Assembly (NCBI GenBank): GCA_951406725.2
Contig: OX597823.1
Location: 117,614,001 to 117,678,000, forward strand
DNA length: 64,000 nucleotides
Direction of reading: 5' to 3'
Source of the DNA: Octopus vulgaris
Lineage: Eukaryota
The translations under genes were made by a program, and so were the position numbers. This document shows, piece by piece, positions 38,476 through 51,209 of this stretch (position 1 is the stretch's first letter; every line of letters starts with the position of its first letter). The notes beneath the pieces were generated by a model. That model was not told the DNA's origin. It searched no databases and worked only from the letters and a program-made list of their open reading frames with translations.

Positions 38476-40596
38476 CTGAAATAAAATGTAAGGTTCAAAT
38501 TAATGAAAAGGGAATAATAATAATAATGATCATCATCATCCTCATCATGATTTCTTTTATTGGCCACAAGGGCCCCAAATTGAAACAATTACATCATAGG
38601 AGACCCATCCTAACCCTTTCATAAAACACAAAACTGTTAAATCCACTTATTTCACAAGATGTCAAAATCTTTGTTACAGAACTGTGACCTGGTCGCACTG
38701 CAACAGACTGAAATTTTGTATTCAGTTTTTATAAGTCTCAGGTTTTCATTTTTCTCTTCTCTCTCTCTCTCTTTCTTTTTTCTTTTGCTTAGGGATATAT
38801 GGACTTGCTGTATTCATTTAGGTTGACTTTGAACTCACCAAATTGTTCAGCGTAAGTCAATTTTAGTTTACATTTTTCTTTCTTTTTTTGTCCTTTATTT
38901 ACAACGTTGTCTGCATCACTGTCATCATTCCACCTTTTTTCCTCTTCTCTTCCAGCATTGGTAAGCCAGTTATTGTCATTAGAAGATCCGTTATTGCCAT
39001 TGTTAAGTACCTACTGTCACTGTTTGCTTCTTATAGCCATTGTCACTTTATTGCTAGAGACCTGGAAGCTCTATAAAACTAGATTCTAACAGAGATTTTC
39101 ACAACAGACGTAATTCCACATGTGTGTTCTCCCTCTTCGATACAGCCTTTTTCTCTGGCTTCTCAAATTAATACTCTACACACTAGGAAATTCATTTTAT
39201 TTTATGATAATAGTATATGAATTTTAAAAAACAACTTTTCAAATGTTCTTTTCAATGGAGTACCAGATGGATGGATTTCATTGAAGTAAGCACCAATGTC
39301 CAATAATATACTCTAAACCATTTACATTTCATAATTCCTTCAATGCTACCAAAGTATCTCTCACTCTCCACTCAAACAATCCTTGTTGATTTGCTGTATC
39401 ACCATACATTTCTCTCACAGTGCACCACATCTTTCTCTCCACTCACAATCTTGTAATCTACCCTTCCACATGTCATCACTTTCTCTGTATCCTATTGCTC
39501 TTTATCCTGCAGTGAGCCAAACAGCACTACACATATGCATCCCCATCTCATATGTATCATTGGTTGCCCCTCCCACTATTCACTACAATTACCCCCTATA
39601 CTCTTCCCAGTCTCGAGTCATTATGTATTTTCCCACAACCACCATCACATAGATTTATCAGATACTCCCCTACCTTGATCCTAGTTCATCACTTAATATA
39701 TATTAACACTTCTGATTCATTGTTTTGCCAGTTCCCATTCTCACTATACAGTCTTGCTAACCAGCCTCACTTCATGACTTCTTGCTCCCAGGGACCATGC
39801 TGACACCTCATCACCATCATCTTTGTTTCTCTTTCCAGCCCCACAACAATTACTTCCATCCACTCGTGTATAATGTGAGCAACCGTTTATCTTTTCTATA
39901 GCAAGAAACCTGTTCTGGGCCACACTTTCATACTCTCACCTTTCATAGCCTAGCATAAAGTTGCCTCCTTCTGTGCTGTTGCTCCACTCAGTTGGTAGAA
40001 ATCTTAGTCTTGTAAGCTACATGGCAATCTTAGTAGTGCTGGTCTTACAAAAGAAAAAAATACCATCACTCAGTATACCCTGTAAAGTGGTCAGCATCAC
40101 AAAGGGTATCCAGCCATAGAAACCATACCAAAGCAAACACTGGAATCATGGCCAAACCATCCAACCCATACCATCAGGGAAGGTGGACATTAACAGATGA
40201 TGATGATGATATTCTCTTGGAAGTCTTGATAAAGATGGCAGTCTATTTATCAACTGGAACACCAATCATCAAGAAATTAAGAAATTTAGGAAAGAATCCA
40301 TAACTTTCTCAATGAACTAAGCTTAAAAATTACAGTAAAATCTCATCTTAAGATCATCAACATTCATGGTACCAGTTTTAACCTACACAGCTCTTCTCGT
40401 TTCTCCTTTCAGAAGACCTAAGGAATCACTCCACTACATGTATGGACACTTTAATTACCAACACGATATTTTAATCACGTTCAAAATATTTCCTTGTACT
40501 TCTTCAGCTTTTCTTATAATCAACCTACGTTCACTGATGATTCTAAGTACTATAATTATGTGCTTGTGCAAAGCAAATTCATCAAAAAGTATATAA

Positions 40597-40737
40597 AAAC
40601 ATTATTTACATTTGATGGATATTTGTCCACATCTTGTTTGTTGTTAACACGTTTCAGCTGATATACCCTCCAGCCTTCTTCAGGTGTCTTGGGGAAATTT
40701 CGAACCTGGGTTCTCATTCCTAAGGTATTTTTCAATG

Positions 40738-40769
<32 letters not shown>

Positions 40770-40846
40770 GTTCAGGTCACTGCTTGGAATCGAACTCAGA
40801 ATCTTGGGGTTTGTAGCCCGTGCCTTTAACCACTATGCCATATGCC
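40597..40846 (-). mobile_element. tRNA-headed SINE (family C) with hammerhead-like 3' module
   Basis: A-box TGGCATAGTGG, B-box GAGTTCGATTCC, (AAT)n linker, then GACAC-CTGAAGA-AGGCTG...CAGCT-GAAA-CGTGTT; second copy at 57755-57984. Confidence 0.8.
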
Positions 40847-42123
40847 TGTGGGCATATATACATAATTCTTCATCTCTTAAATATAGAACTGTATATAAAA
40901 ACATCTTACAACTCCCACAGAAATAGAAAAGGAAGACAAAAAAATCACCTTTTTCAATCCTTCGTTTAATGAACAAATTCCAAATTCCTACTTTTTTAAA
41001 TAAAACATTTACCCCTTTCACCATAAGTATTACAAAATTTTCAACAAATGTCACTTGTTCTACTGCAGTTAATTATATACAATCTTTATCCAACAGAAGT
41101 GAATTAAATCAAATTCAGTAATTCCTTATTAACTGTTCATGAACTTGCAATTGTACTCATCCAGATGAATGCCCATTAGACCATAGATGTATTTCTAAAG
41201 AGATTATTTACTGTGCTAAGGCAAAATTAAAAACAGTTTCTAAATCATACATTGGATTAACATTAAATTCATTGAAATTGTGTTACAGTCAACACCTTTA
41301 CACATTTCACAGTCAACTTAGATGCACAGATACAAGTTTGTCCACATTTATTTGAAATTTTAAAAATAATAATTTAAAGTGTTACATCAAATGGAAATTA
41401 ATATTGTTTTACCAAGCTATGTAATCATTCCAACAACATTTGCATTCTTTGCATTACTGAGTCATAAGAAATATAATTTTCCAACCTCTCTATTCTCATC
41501 TGCCACTCAGAGTGGTATGCGTAAATGTTAGCCAATGCTTAGGCATTTCAAACTGTTTATTAAATCAAACAGTTTGAGTCATTCCCCCTTTCCAAACAAT
41601 GTTCTTTCTTTTTGTTTTTTTTTAAAAACAACAACTACAATTATATAAAAATCATGCTATACACCACTGATTTCTGATTAATTAAAATTTCACATCTCTC
41701 TCTCTCTCTCTCTATCTCTCTTTCAATATATTAAATATGATTGAATTGTTTTTGAATGGTCAGATATTTCAAATAGTTAGTTTATCAAACCAAAGACATA
41801 AAAACAATGACAGTGGTCCCCATTGCCAAACAACAATTTTCTTACATGAAAACCACACTTACACACAACTGATTTCCTTCAAACCAACCATTCTCTGAAT
41901 AATTAAACAATTTGCATCAATACATTTAATATACACTTCTTTAGATTGTCCAATATTCTACACACCTACCCTGTCTCATCATTCTTCCCACTTTGCCCTC
42001 AACTTCAATTCTATATAATATATTCAATATTTTTTCAATAGTTCTTCCTTACAATTCTGAAGATTCAATAGGTGGAACTTTTCAGCTTTGTTAAATATTT
42101 ATATTACTCTACTACAGTAACCA

Positions 42124-42156
<33 letters not shown>

Positions 42157-42175
42157 CATTATTATTATTATTACT

Positions 42176-42733
42176 GAGTGAGAGAGCAGTGCATGCCATC
42201 AAAGTGACACTGGGGTAAAATATACGAAGCCCAGTATACCCATCATGACTACCCGTCTGATAAGGGTACACTAGGCACATGCATCACAACCATATGTGCG
42301 CAACATGGTGATCTCACATCAAGATAAACAGCACATGACCTTGCAGGTGGGACCAAGTTAGAATTTTCTTCTGGTCGAGTAGCTCACCCCGCTCAAAAGG
42401 TCCCTGAATAAGGATTGTTTAAGGATGCTGAACAAACGACCTATGTTTCGAAAGGTTAATTATCCAAACCTCTAACAATTCCTTTCAACACACAGCTATA
42501 ATGCTCCCCCACTACTTCTGCTCGTGATCAGAGATACACATATCGTCAGCCACTAAGGGACATGCTCAACTGGTTAAGGTCAAACAACTGACAAGCAAAT
42601 CTGTGGTATTGAGCAGAATATTTGTTGTAGCCCATCTTTTATACCAAGACAAAACAATATACATGATAACACTTCCAATCAGTTAAGATCAGGAGCCATG
42701 AGAGCCACTGTCTGGTACTGCATCAGGGGTATT
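42176..42733. mobile_element. ~560-bp interspersed element inserted in an (ATT)n tract
   Basis: (ATT)n on both sides, no ORF; partial inverted copy at 9008-9293. Confidence 0.75.
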
Positions 42734-42735
42734 TA

Positions 42736-42777
<42 letters not shown>

Positions 42778-42789
42778 TTACACACAACA

Positions 42790-43100
42790 CATTAGACTGT
42801 CAAAAACAAATTACTAACATCAGGCTGCAACAAATAACCTTAGGTGCCAAGGGCTTTCTAAGTATCCAAGCTGTCCCTAAAAATTTAGCTGCACCAAACT
42901 AGGTCTTATGCCTATTTCCTCTATTCACCTGTTCAAATCTTTAGGAAAAGTTCTTAATGCACCTATAACTACATGGATACATTTTACCCACACTTTTCAC
43001 AGCCCAAGTAACTCAATGTAGTTCCTGGTACCTTGCTATTTTCTCTATACCTCACATATTGACTTGCTCATCATTTAAAGTCAGTTACCTGGCACTTTCT
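42790..43100 (-). mobile_element. R4/Dong-like (restriction-like endonuclease) LINE 3' remnant
   Basis: Minus strand: EKIARYQEL...VVIGALRTFPKDLNR*IEEIGIRPSLVQL...GTAWILRK, typical RLE-domain C-terminus. Confidence 0.7.
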
Positions 43101-43111
43101 ACTCTCTTTGT

Positions 43112-43144
<33 letters not shown>

Positions 43145-43187
43145 AATCAGGCCGCCTAGCTTCTATTACTCTTATTATTTTTATCAT

Positions 43188-43390
43188 TAAGGCAGCAAGC
43201 TTACAGAATCCTTGTAATCACTGGATGAAATGCTAAGCAGTATTTCTTCTGCCAAGGTCAACTTTGCCTTTGCCTTTCATCCATGAGGGGGGGGGGGTCG
43301 ATTAAGTACCAGTGAAACACTGGGGTTAATGTAATTGACTAGTCCCTTGCCCACAAATTTCAGGCCTTGTGCCTATAATAGAAAGGATTA
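43188..43390 (+). mobile_element. SINE family A variant
   Basis: AAGGCAGCAAGC head, CTTTGCCTTTCATCC core, TAGAAAGGATTATT tail. Confidence 0.75.
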
Positions 43391-43419
43391 TTATTATCAT
43401 CATCATTATCATTATTATA

Positions 43420-43790
43420 TTCTTATATTTGTTTCAGTCATTTGACAGTGGCCATGCTGGAGTGCTGCCTTTTAGTCGAAAAAATAGACCCCAGGACATA
43501 TTCTTTGTAAGTCTAGTACTTATTCTATCAGTCTCTTTTGCCAAACCACTAAGTTAAGGGACGTAAACACACCAACATCGGTTGTCAAGGGGGGACAAAC
43601 ACAGACCCACAAATATATATATATATACGACAGGCTTCTTTTCAGTTTCTGTCTACCAAATCTACTCACAAGACTTGGTCGGCCCGAGGTTATAGTTGAA
43701 GACACTTGCCTAAGATGCCCACAGTGGGACTGAACCTGGAACCATGTGGTTGGTAAGCAAGTTACTTATCACACAGCCACACCTGCACCT
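43420..43790 (-). mobile_element. SINE family B
   Basis: Reverse complement of 15481-15895. Confidence 0.85.
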
Positions 43791-44049
43791 ATGTTCATAT
43801 CTATCTTTATACACATAAATGAATGAAAATGGACATGTACATATGCATGCACACATATTCTCTCTCACACACACAGTCTTGTCATCTGACATCAGTTTCT
43901 AAACTGGAATGGGTTGGAGGGGGTCATTACAGCCTGATGTAGTTCTTATTCAGAATTATTGCCCTCTTAAGCACAGTCAAGGGAACCATGTCTAACTCAG
44001 ATGTTTTATTTTGGCATGATTTCTGCATTTGGATGCCCTTCTTGACACC

Positions 44050-44088
<39 letters not shown>

Positions 44089-44763
44089 GAGCAGTAATGA
44101 GACATAACCATAGAATTATAAAAAACAAACATCACATCAAGAAAACTAAAGACAAGAAACGTTAATGGGTTTCGGATCCTTACAGTTCCAAACAAACTGG
44201 AAGACATTCATAAGGAAATATATAAAAAATAAAAAAACCTTGATAAGAAGGATGAACTAGAACACAGTTATGTATTTAACACACGTCTAAAAGAAAAGCA
44301 GTTTCCTACTGTGAGTGGGGGGGAGAGAGAGAGAGAGAGTGGGAGAGATCACTCATGTATACATCCATATACACACACACATAGAACAAGTTCTTCCTTT
44401 GCTTTTATCATATACAGAAACATGTATTGATACACATACCCAGAAACATGTAACGCTACACACTCACATAAACACATACATGTACACACAAACATACACA
44501 TTTCTTATTTTTGACCAAGGATCTTTACATTGATTGCAAGCTGCCTACTTAAGACATTTTCAAGTGGAACAAGTAGACACAAGTGTTGAGATGGAAAGGA
44601 GATCCAGCTTGGATTGGAGACACAATAAAAGTAAGGAATACACGAGATGAATAAAGAGATATTTAAAAAAGAAAAGGAAAGGGATGACTGGTAAAAGAAA
44701 ATGAAATGAAGACATTGAAGGAGAAGTGAAGGAGAAGATGCCCAGACACTTCACATTGCTCAT

Positions 44764-44887
44764 GAACTATATATATATATATATGAATTTTTTTGTGTAA
44801 TAAGATGAAAAAAAAAAACCAAGGCTGTGTATACATTAGAGCATTTATAGATAGAAGGTCTTACAGCTGTTTCTAGGATATTTCTAG

Positions 44888-44930
<43 letters not shown>

Positions 44931-44942
44931 CATACATATAAG

Positions 44943-44981
<39 letters not shown>

Positions 44982-45058
44982 CATAAGAACTATATATATA
45001 TATACATACATATATAAACTATATATATATATATACATACATACATATATATAAGAAC

Positions 45059-45113
<55 letters not shown>

Positions 45114-45160
45114 TTTCTGAGTACCTCATTTCTTCTAATATATATATATATATATATTAG
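44764..45160. repeat. Compound (TA)n array punctuated by AGAAC, containing the 3' half of a hammerhead-like motif
   Basis: Repeating AGAAC(TA)n units; minus strand GAAA-CAGCTG-TA-AGAC at 44858-44873. Confidence 0.75.
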
Positions 45161-46175
45161 AAAGAACAAGAACATAGATATAGTTATTCAGGTTGAGGGT
45201 GTTGTGGCAATTATTATTACAGGAGTAGTTTTCTTAGCAGAAGCAGTAAGAGTGTGTTTGGTATTGGCAACGTTATTTGTATGAAGGCAGGTTGGAAGGG
45301 TCGGAGTTTCATTTGATTGAACATGGTGCCTGACATCCCTTCACTGCAGCTTACGATGCAGCAAAAGCAAGTCAATTCTTTAATAGGCATTATCAAAGCA
45401 ACTTTATTATTTTGCTAGCTGCCAAGCCAACCAAACAACCAGCTAATCAAGGAGTCACTCGCTTGTTCATTTCAGTCTCAGTCAATTGACTGGAGAGACA
45501 AGATTTCTATTTTTTCTTTTATTTATTCATTTTTTTACAAAAGCCAATACTTGTTTGCCAAAAACAGCCAATATGTAACTTGAGTTAGTTAGGGAAAGAA
45601 AAAAAAAGTACAATTTAAAACAAAATAAAACAAGGCTAAAACATGGTAAAAAGTTCAAGGAAAAATTACAAACAATTAAGGATAAAAGAAAATAAAAAAT
45701 ACACACTCAACAAAGCTGTTTGCAAGTGATTGTAGAGTAATTCTGAAGACTACAACAGCATCATCATGTAAACGAACTTTTTGCCTTGTCAGAAGCAGTA
45801 AAGTGTTTGGGATTTCAATAACACTGCATCACTGCCATTGTATGATTTAGTTCCAGTATAACGTTGACGTCAACAAGAAATCTGGTCAATAACATCTCAG
45901 TGCAGATTAAAATACACTTGATACATGCTAACAGTCATAGATACTGCTTCCTTCAAATGTGTACAAGTTACAAAGGTAACTTCAGAAGATAGATGCAGAA
46001 ATATAACAGTTTCAGACCTAACCAGCCACATGATATAAATTAGAGAAAATATTAACTCTAAAATTAGAAATACTCGTTGTGAATTAATAATGTGGATTAA
46101 ATATGAGCAATAATGAGCAATATAAATAAAAACAGAAAATATGTGATGAAGTCCTGACTCACAATTTCATATTAA

Positions 46176-46396
46176 CGCTTTCGTTACCAACCCGACTGAA
46201 ACCGGCCCTGGCTCTGTAGTACAAATGTCTTGCTTTCATAAGTTTTGAATTAAAATCTTCCACCAAGTCTTAGTCACAATTTATGTTCCTAATACTAGCT
46301 TAATAATAACTAAGTTATTTTCCTAAATTCATTGTTATATTTAAAATAGTTGAAAGAAACACAGAGCATCTCAAGATAAATACGGTAACAAAAGGT
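46176..46396. mobile_element. piggyBac-like MITE
   Basis: TTAA on both sides (46172-46175, 46397-46400); imperfect TIRs CGCTTTCGTTACC/GGTAACAAAAGGT related to the ends of 53775-54846. Confidence 0.72.
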
Positions 46397-46534
46397 TTAA
46401 TACTTTGTTTGTTGCTGTTGCTGTGGTTGTTTTGTTACAAGTCACAAATGTAATTACTGGGATTTCCTTCTCTGTGACATGATATGACAGGTAATATTTA
46501 TCCTTGAAACATGAAATGTGACTTTTTTTTTTTT

Positions 46535-46694
46535 TTTACTACCCACAAAGGGCTAAACACAGAGGGGACAAACAAGGACAGACAAAGGGATTAAGTCGAT
46601 TACATCAACCCCAGTGCGTAACTGGTACTTAATTTATCGACCCCGAAAGGATGAAAGACAAAGTCGACCTCAGCGGAATTTGAACTCGGAACGT
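46535..46694 (-). mobile_element. SINE family A (5'-truncated)
   Basis: Core and tail match other copies. Confidence 0.85.
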
Positions 46695-47087
46695 ATGTGA
46701 CATTTGTCAGTCTGACCAGAGTAGTGTGGTAATGCTTGACAAGTATGACTGTAGTGACACTTGTTCATTCATTGGTACTTCAGTGTAACTAGAATTGCTG
46801 TAATAACCACCATGTCACTGCCACGGGTAGGTGCAAACTGTAACACCTGATATTTGTTAGCATAATATATATGAATGTTTGTACCAGCAAGAGCAGTGTT
46901 CCAGATGCAAGATAATACTCCACTGTAGGGCTCACCTAAGTTTTGCAGCAGGAGTTAATAGTTGTCATGGACTGAAGTATTTCCCAACTCTAACAAGAAT
47001 GGTCAATCTGTGACATGCAGTCATATATTAAGGATGTGTTTGGATGAAGGATAGTAATTATGATAGATCATACAGTTGACATTTTTT

Positions 47088-47322
47088 TAAGGCGGTGAGC
47101 TGGCAGAAACGTTAGCATGCTGGGCAAAATGCTAAGCAGTATTTCGTCTGCCGTTATGTTCTGGGTTCAAATTCCGCCAAGGTCGACTTTGCCTTTCATC
47201 CTTCCGAGGTCGATAAATTAAGTACCAGTTACGCAGTGAGATCGATGTAATCAACTGAATCCCTTTGTCTGTCCTTGTTTGTCCCCTCTATGTTTAGCTC
47301 CTTGTGGGCAATAAAGAAATAA
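47088..47322 (+). mobile_element. SINE family A (full length)
   Basis: AAGGCGGTGAGCTGGCAGAAACGTTAG head, GGGTTCAAATTCC B-box, core, tail. Confidence 0.88.
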
Positions 47323-47625
47323 AAATTTTTGTAGGTCTTATACAACTAACTAGATTTTCTGACCCATTAGATATGTTAAAATGTGTGTGTGTGTGTGTGT
47401 GTGCATGCGTGCGTGTGTGTGTTCATGCATTTGAAGCTGGTTATTCACCTTTTCATTACTTGAAAGACAGAAAGAAATGGAAAACACAGAATAACTATAA
47501 AATTAAAGCTGTAACTTGGAATGGGCATAGAAAAGAGGAAGTTAAAATGATGATGAGATGATCTCATGAAACATCTACAATATACACATAAGAGCAAAGA
47601 AGCTTATCTACAAGATTAAAGGCTA

Positions 47626-47950
47626 AAGACTCCCTTCAGTCATCAATGACCATGGGATTGCACCTAGAAAGTTCCCCTGCCGGGCACAAGTCTGGGCAAT
47701 GTTGTTTATGGAAGACCAGCAGTCACCTATGCATACCAGGCTCCCCGTTCTACACCACCAGTGTTATCCAAGGAGAAGGCCAATACAGCTTGGCTTCAGG
47801 GACATCACAACTCATTTCTACAGATGAGTGAACTGGAGCAACATGAAATAAAGTGTCTTGCTCAAGAACACAATACACAGCCTGGCCCAGGAATCAAACT
47901 CACTACCTCACGGTTGTGAGCCCAACACTCTAGCCACTGAGCCACGTGCC
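47626..47950 (-). mobile_element. tRNA-derived SINE (family D)
   Basis: Minus strand: GGCACGTGGCTCAGTGGCTAGAGTG A-box, GAGTTTGATTCC B-box, GTGTTCTTGAGCAAGACACTT central domain. Confidence 0.75.
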
Positions 47951-48544
47951 ATCACTACAATGAACCTTAAGCAAAGAGACAAAAATGTATAGAATGAAGG
48001 AGAAAACGGTGCAGGAGGGCAACAACGATGATAAGGGTATCTCACATTGGTAGAAATCCACAAATTTACATGGAAGTTAAGTGGATCAACCAAAGTGTTA
48101 AAAACAATCTATCAATTCCAGAAAGTTGAAGAACTCTTATCAACTCTGGCAGAATTGGAACTCTGGAGAAAAAGAATGCAACTAAATATTGTAAAATACT
48201 TTAGTCTAATACTATATTATTTTAACTCTTAAAATTCTACACTACAGATATCCAGAACAGTCATCAAGTTCTAAACTGCACAAATCCACTGCTTCAAACA
48301 GTTTTTGGAGTTGGATATCGAAAACTGAGACTAAACATTATTCTGTGCGAAAAACAAAGTTTGATTTCATGTTAACCCTTTCACTGTGGGAAACAGATAT
48401 ATCTACACAGAATTTCATTACTCTTAACTGTGGAAAGCAGTTTTATATACCAGTCTGTCTTTTGCTGAGGAATGTCATTTTTGAAACTATTTTCCATTGG
48501 GATGCTGTGACTGCGAAGACCCAACAAACAACGTGAGTTCATGG

Positions 48545-48938
48545 CTGTTTCTTGCACCAGCTTCACATAGAAGCTCCAGCCCATCCAAAGTGCCTTGGAT
48601 CACAGGGCGGCCTGCTGTGCTTGAGGAGACCTATTGAGTCAAGTACATCAACATCAAAATAAATATCAAGTGGAAATTGTAGTTGTGATACCTGTGCTGG
48701 TGGCACATAAAAAGCACCATCTGATTATGGCCGTTGCCAGCCTCCCTTAGCACGTAAAAAGCATCCACTACACTCACGGAGTGGTTGGCATTAGGAAGGG
48801 CATCTAGCTGTAGAAACACTGCCGGATCAGACTGGAGCCTGGTGCAGCCTCCTGGCTTCCCAGACCCTGGTCAAACCGTCCAACCCGTGCTAGCATGGAA
48901 AACGGACGTTAAACAATGATGATGATGATGATGATGAT
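48545..48938 (+). mobile_element. RTE LINE 3' fragment
   Basis: Homologous to the 21783-22250 reverse complement; (GAT)n tail. Confidence 0.85.
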
Positions 48939-50217
48939 ATGTCAAGTTTACTGAGGCAACATTACTTGCAAAATAATACCAATTCTATTTTTTAGTAAAT
49001 ATTTAACATTATTACCGGAATAATCATGAAATATCATTTTGCATGTGAAAGGAACTTCCTATCAAAAGACTTCCTCTTTGCACCAACTCTATCTACTTGA
49101 TCTCGTTATTTTCTTATTATTAATTCATCTAGTTTTTGTTTCAAGTAAATTTCTATGGATTTTTCTTTAATTTATGAGCTCAGTGGTGTCTAATACCTCA
49201 AGCAGTGAGTTAGAATTCAGTGATACTGTTTATTAGTGACTTTTTATTGATAATTTATTAACGATTTAATTAGGAAATTGCAACCCCAGGAGCTGATGTC
49301 TTGCAAATATATATATGAAAACACTTCTGTGTAATCAACTTAATTGATTTCAACCTGCCTTGGCAGGTGAAAGGAAATGACAGTAAGTAAAAGTCAACAA
49401 CACATAGAAACTATATTATATTGATTGCATCAGCAAATTTCACCCAAATTCATGAAGGAGTTATCTTTTTATTTGACTATATGCATTTCATTAAAATCTC
49501 TAGTTTCTAACAATGTGGAGAGATTTATACAGAGGAAGCACTACAGGACTTCAAGAATTAATTATCAATACTGTTATTGTTCTGGTTAAGAGTGTGTGTC
49601 TGTCTGTGTGCATGCGTGCGGGTGCTAAGAAAGTGAGTTTTCTTTAATGTTAGCCAGACATGAAAGAGAAGTCATTGAGAATTTAACAATTCTAAAGATG
49701 GTTAATGTGAATGGCAGGAGGAAGAGAGAGAAATTAAAATGAGAATGGTAGAGAAAAAGAACTTTTGGAACCAAAAATTTGAATGGTAATTACCATTTTA
49801 AAGAGAAAGTCTTCAAAATTGCCTTTGTTTTTTGGTTTGAAACAAAACAATTTATTCAAGACTAATTTGAGAGAAAAAAGTGACTAAACTTGAGGTTAAT
49901 TACATATTTCCCGTCACAGTGTATACAAAATAGATTATATCACATGGGGTGTGGTGTAATGTTAATTGCATTATCTCTTCTTTATGAATGAAGTACATTT
50001 TATAAGTTATTGAATTTGTTACTCTAAACAGAAACAATGAGTTATTTCCATTAGCACATTTGTACATTCATTCTACATCCATTTTTCTATGCTGGCCTAG
50101 GTTGAACAGGCACTTATTTGAGGCAGTATTTTTATGGCTGGACGCTGTTCCTGTTGCTAGACGACTACACAGTATTAGTAGGGTCAGTCGGGCACCATCT
50201 GTGAGAAAAACAGCACA

Positions 50218-51202
50218 ATGAAGCAATTCACTCTGCCAGAAATTTGGGAACAACATGCTGTACTGCTCAGCATTCATGCTGGAAGCTCCAATATGAATAT
50301 TTCAGAGTGTTTGGGTGTCAATTTGACGAAAGTGCAGAGGATTCAGAAAGAGTTAGATGAGTCTGATGGTGATTACGAAGGTACAGCAACTCAGAAAGCT
50401 CATTCTGATTGTTCTGATAAGAAAAGAACTCCTGAATTTGTTGGTGAGATCCTGGTCATGATTGTCAATGATCCCTCCAAGTCAATCAGGTCCATCGCCA
50501 GGGACATGGGAGTGTCTGAGTTTCTTATCAGGAAGGTAGTGCATAAAGACATACAGTACTCCTCATACAAGATGTGAAAGGGCCAGTTTTTATCCCAAGC
50601 TATCCAGAACAAGAGCAAAGACCATGCTACAGACCTTTTGAACAAATTCTAGCATCCCCTCCAACTGAGCATGCTTTGGTTTTTTTCAGACAGGAAAAAT
50701 TTCTGCCAGGATCAGATGGTAAACACACAGAACAACCATTGGCTTGCCATGTCTCCAAAACATGTACCAAAAGTGATAAAAATCAAACATCCAGTCAACA
50801 TCATGGTGTTTGGAGTGATCACTAGTGACGGCAATGTTATGCCTCCATTCATCTTTCCACACAGCCTCAGACATAACATGGAGGCCTACATCAAATGACT
50901 GGAGGAGGTAGAGTTGCCCCAAGTCAAGAGGGTAGGTGCTAGAAGACCCTATGTCTGGCAACAGGACTGTGCACCATGCCACACGAGCAGGAGAACCCAG
51001 TCATGGCTGTCAGGCAATCTTTGCAACCACATCACCCCTAACATCTGGTCACCTAACTCCCCAGACTGCAACCCCCTTGATTATTATGCATGGGGTACAG
51101 TTGAGTGAGAGACCAACAAAACTGCTTGTAATACTAAAGATGAACTGAAGGTAAGGACTATGGCAGCATTCACCAACTTAAACAAGGAGACTGTCCAGAA
51201 GG
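50218..51202 (+). pseudogene. maT-family (DD37D) Tc1/mariner transposase remnant
   Basis: ORF pieces at 50218, 50671 and 50914 share one frame, interrupted only by stops. Motifs: PSKSIRSIARDMGVS HTH, FFSD, HPVNIMVFGVITSDG, WQQDCAPCH...WSPNSPDCNPLDYY with 37 residues between the 2nd and 3rd D. Confidence 0.92.
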
Positions 51203-51209
51203 TTAAATT

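Noticed and set aside
40781-40846. tRNA gene
   Set aside because: A and B boxes are present but the acceptor stem is not convincing, and it is fused to a repeated body: a SINE head
45190-45345. Possible alternative terminal RIC1 exon (ctgcag acceptor, short open frames)
   Set aside because: Weak polypyrimidine tract, no recognisable homology, and the flanking exons already join in frame
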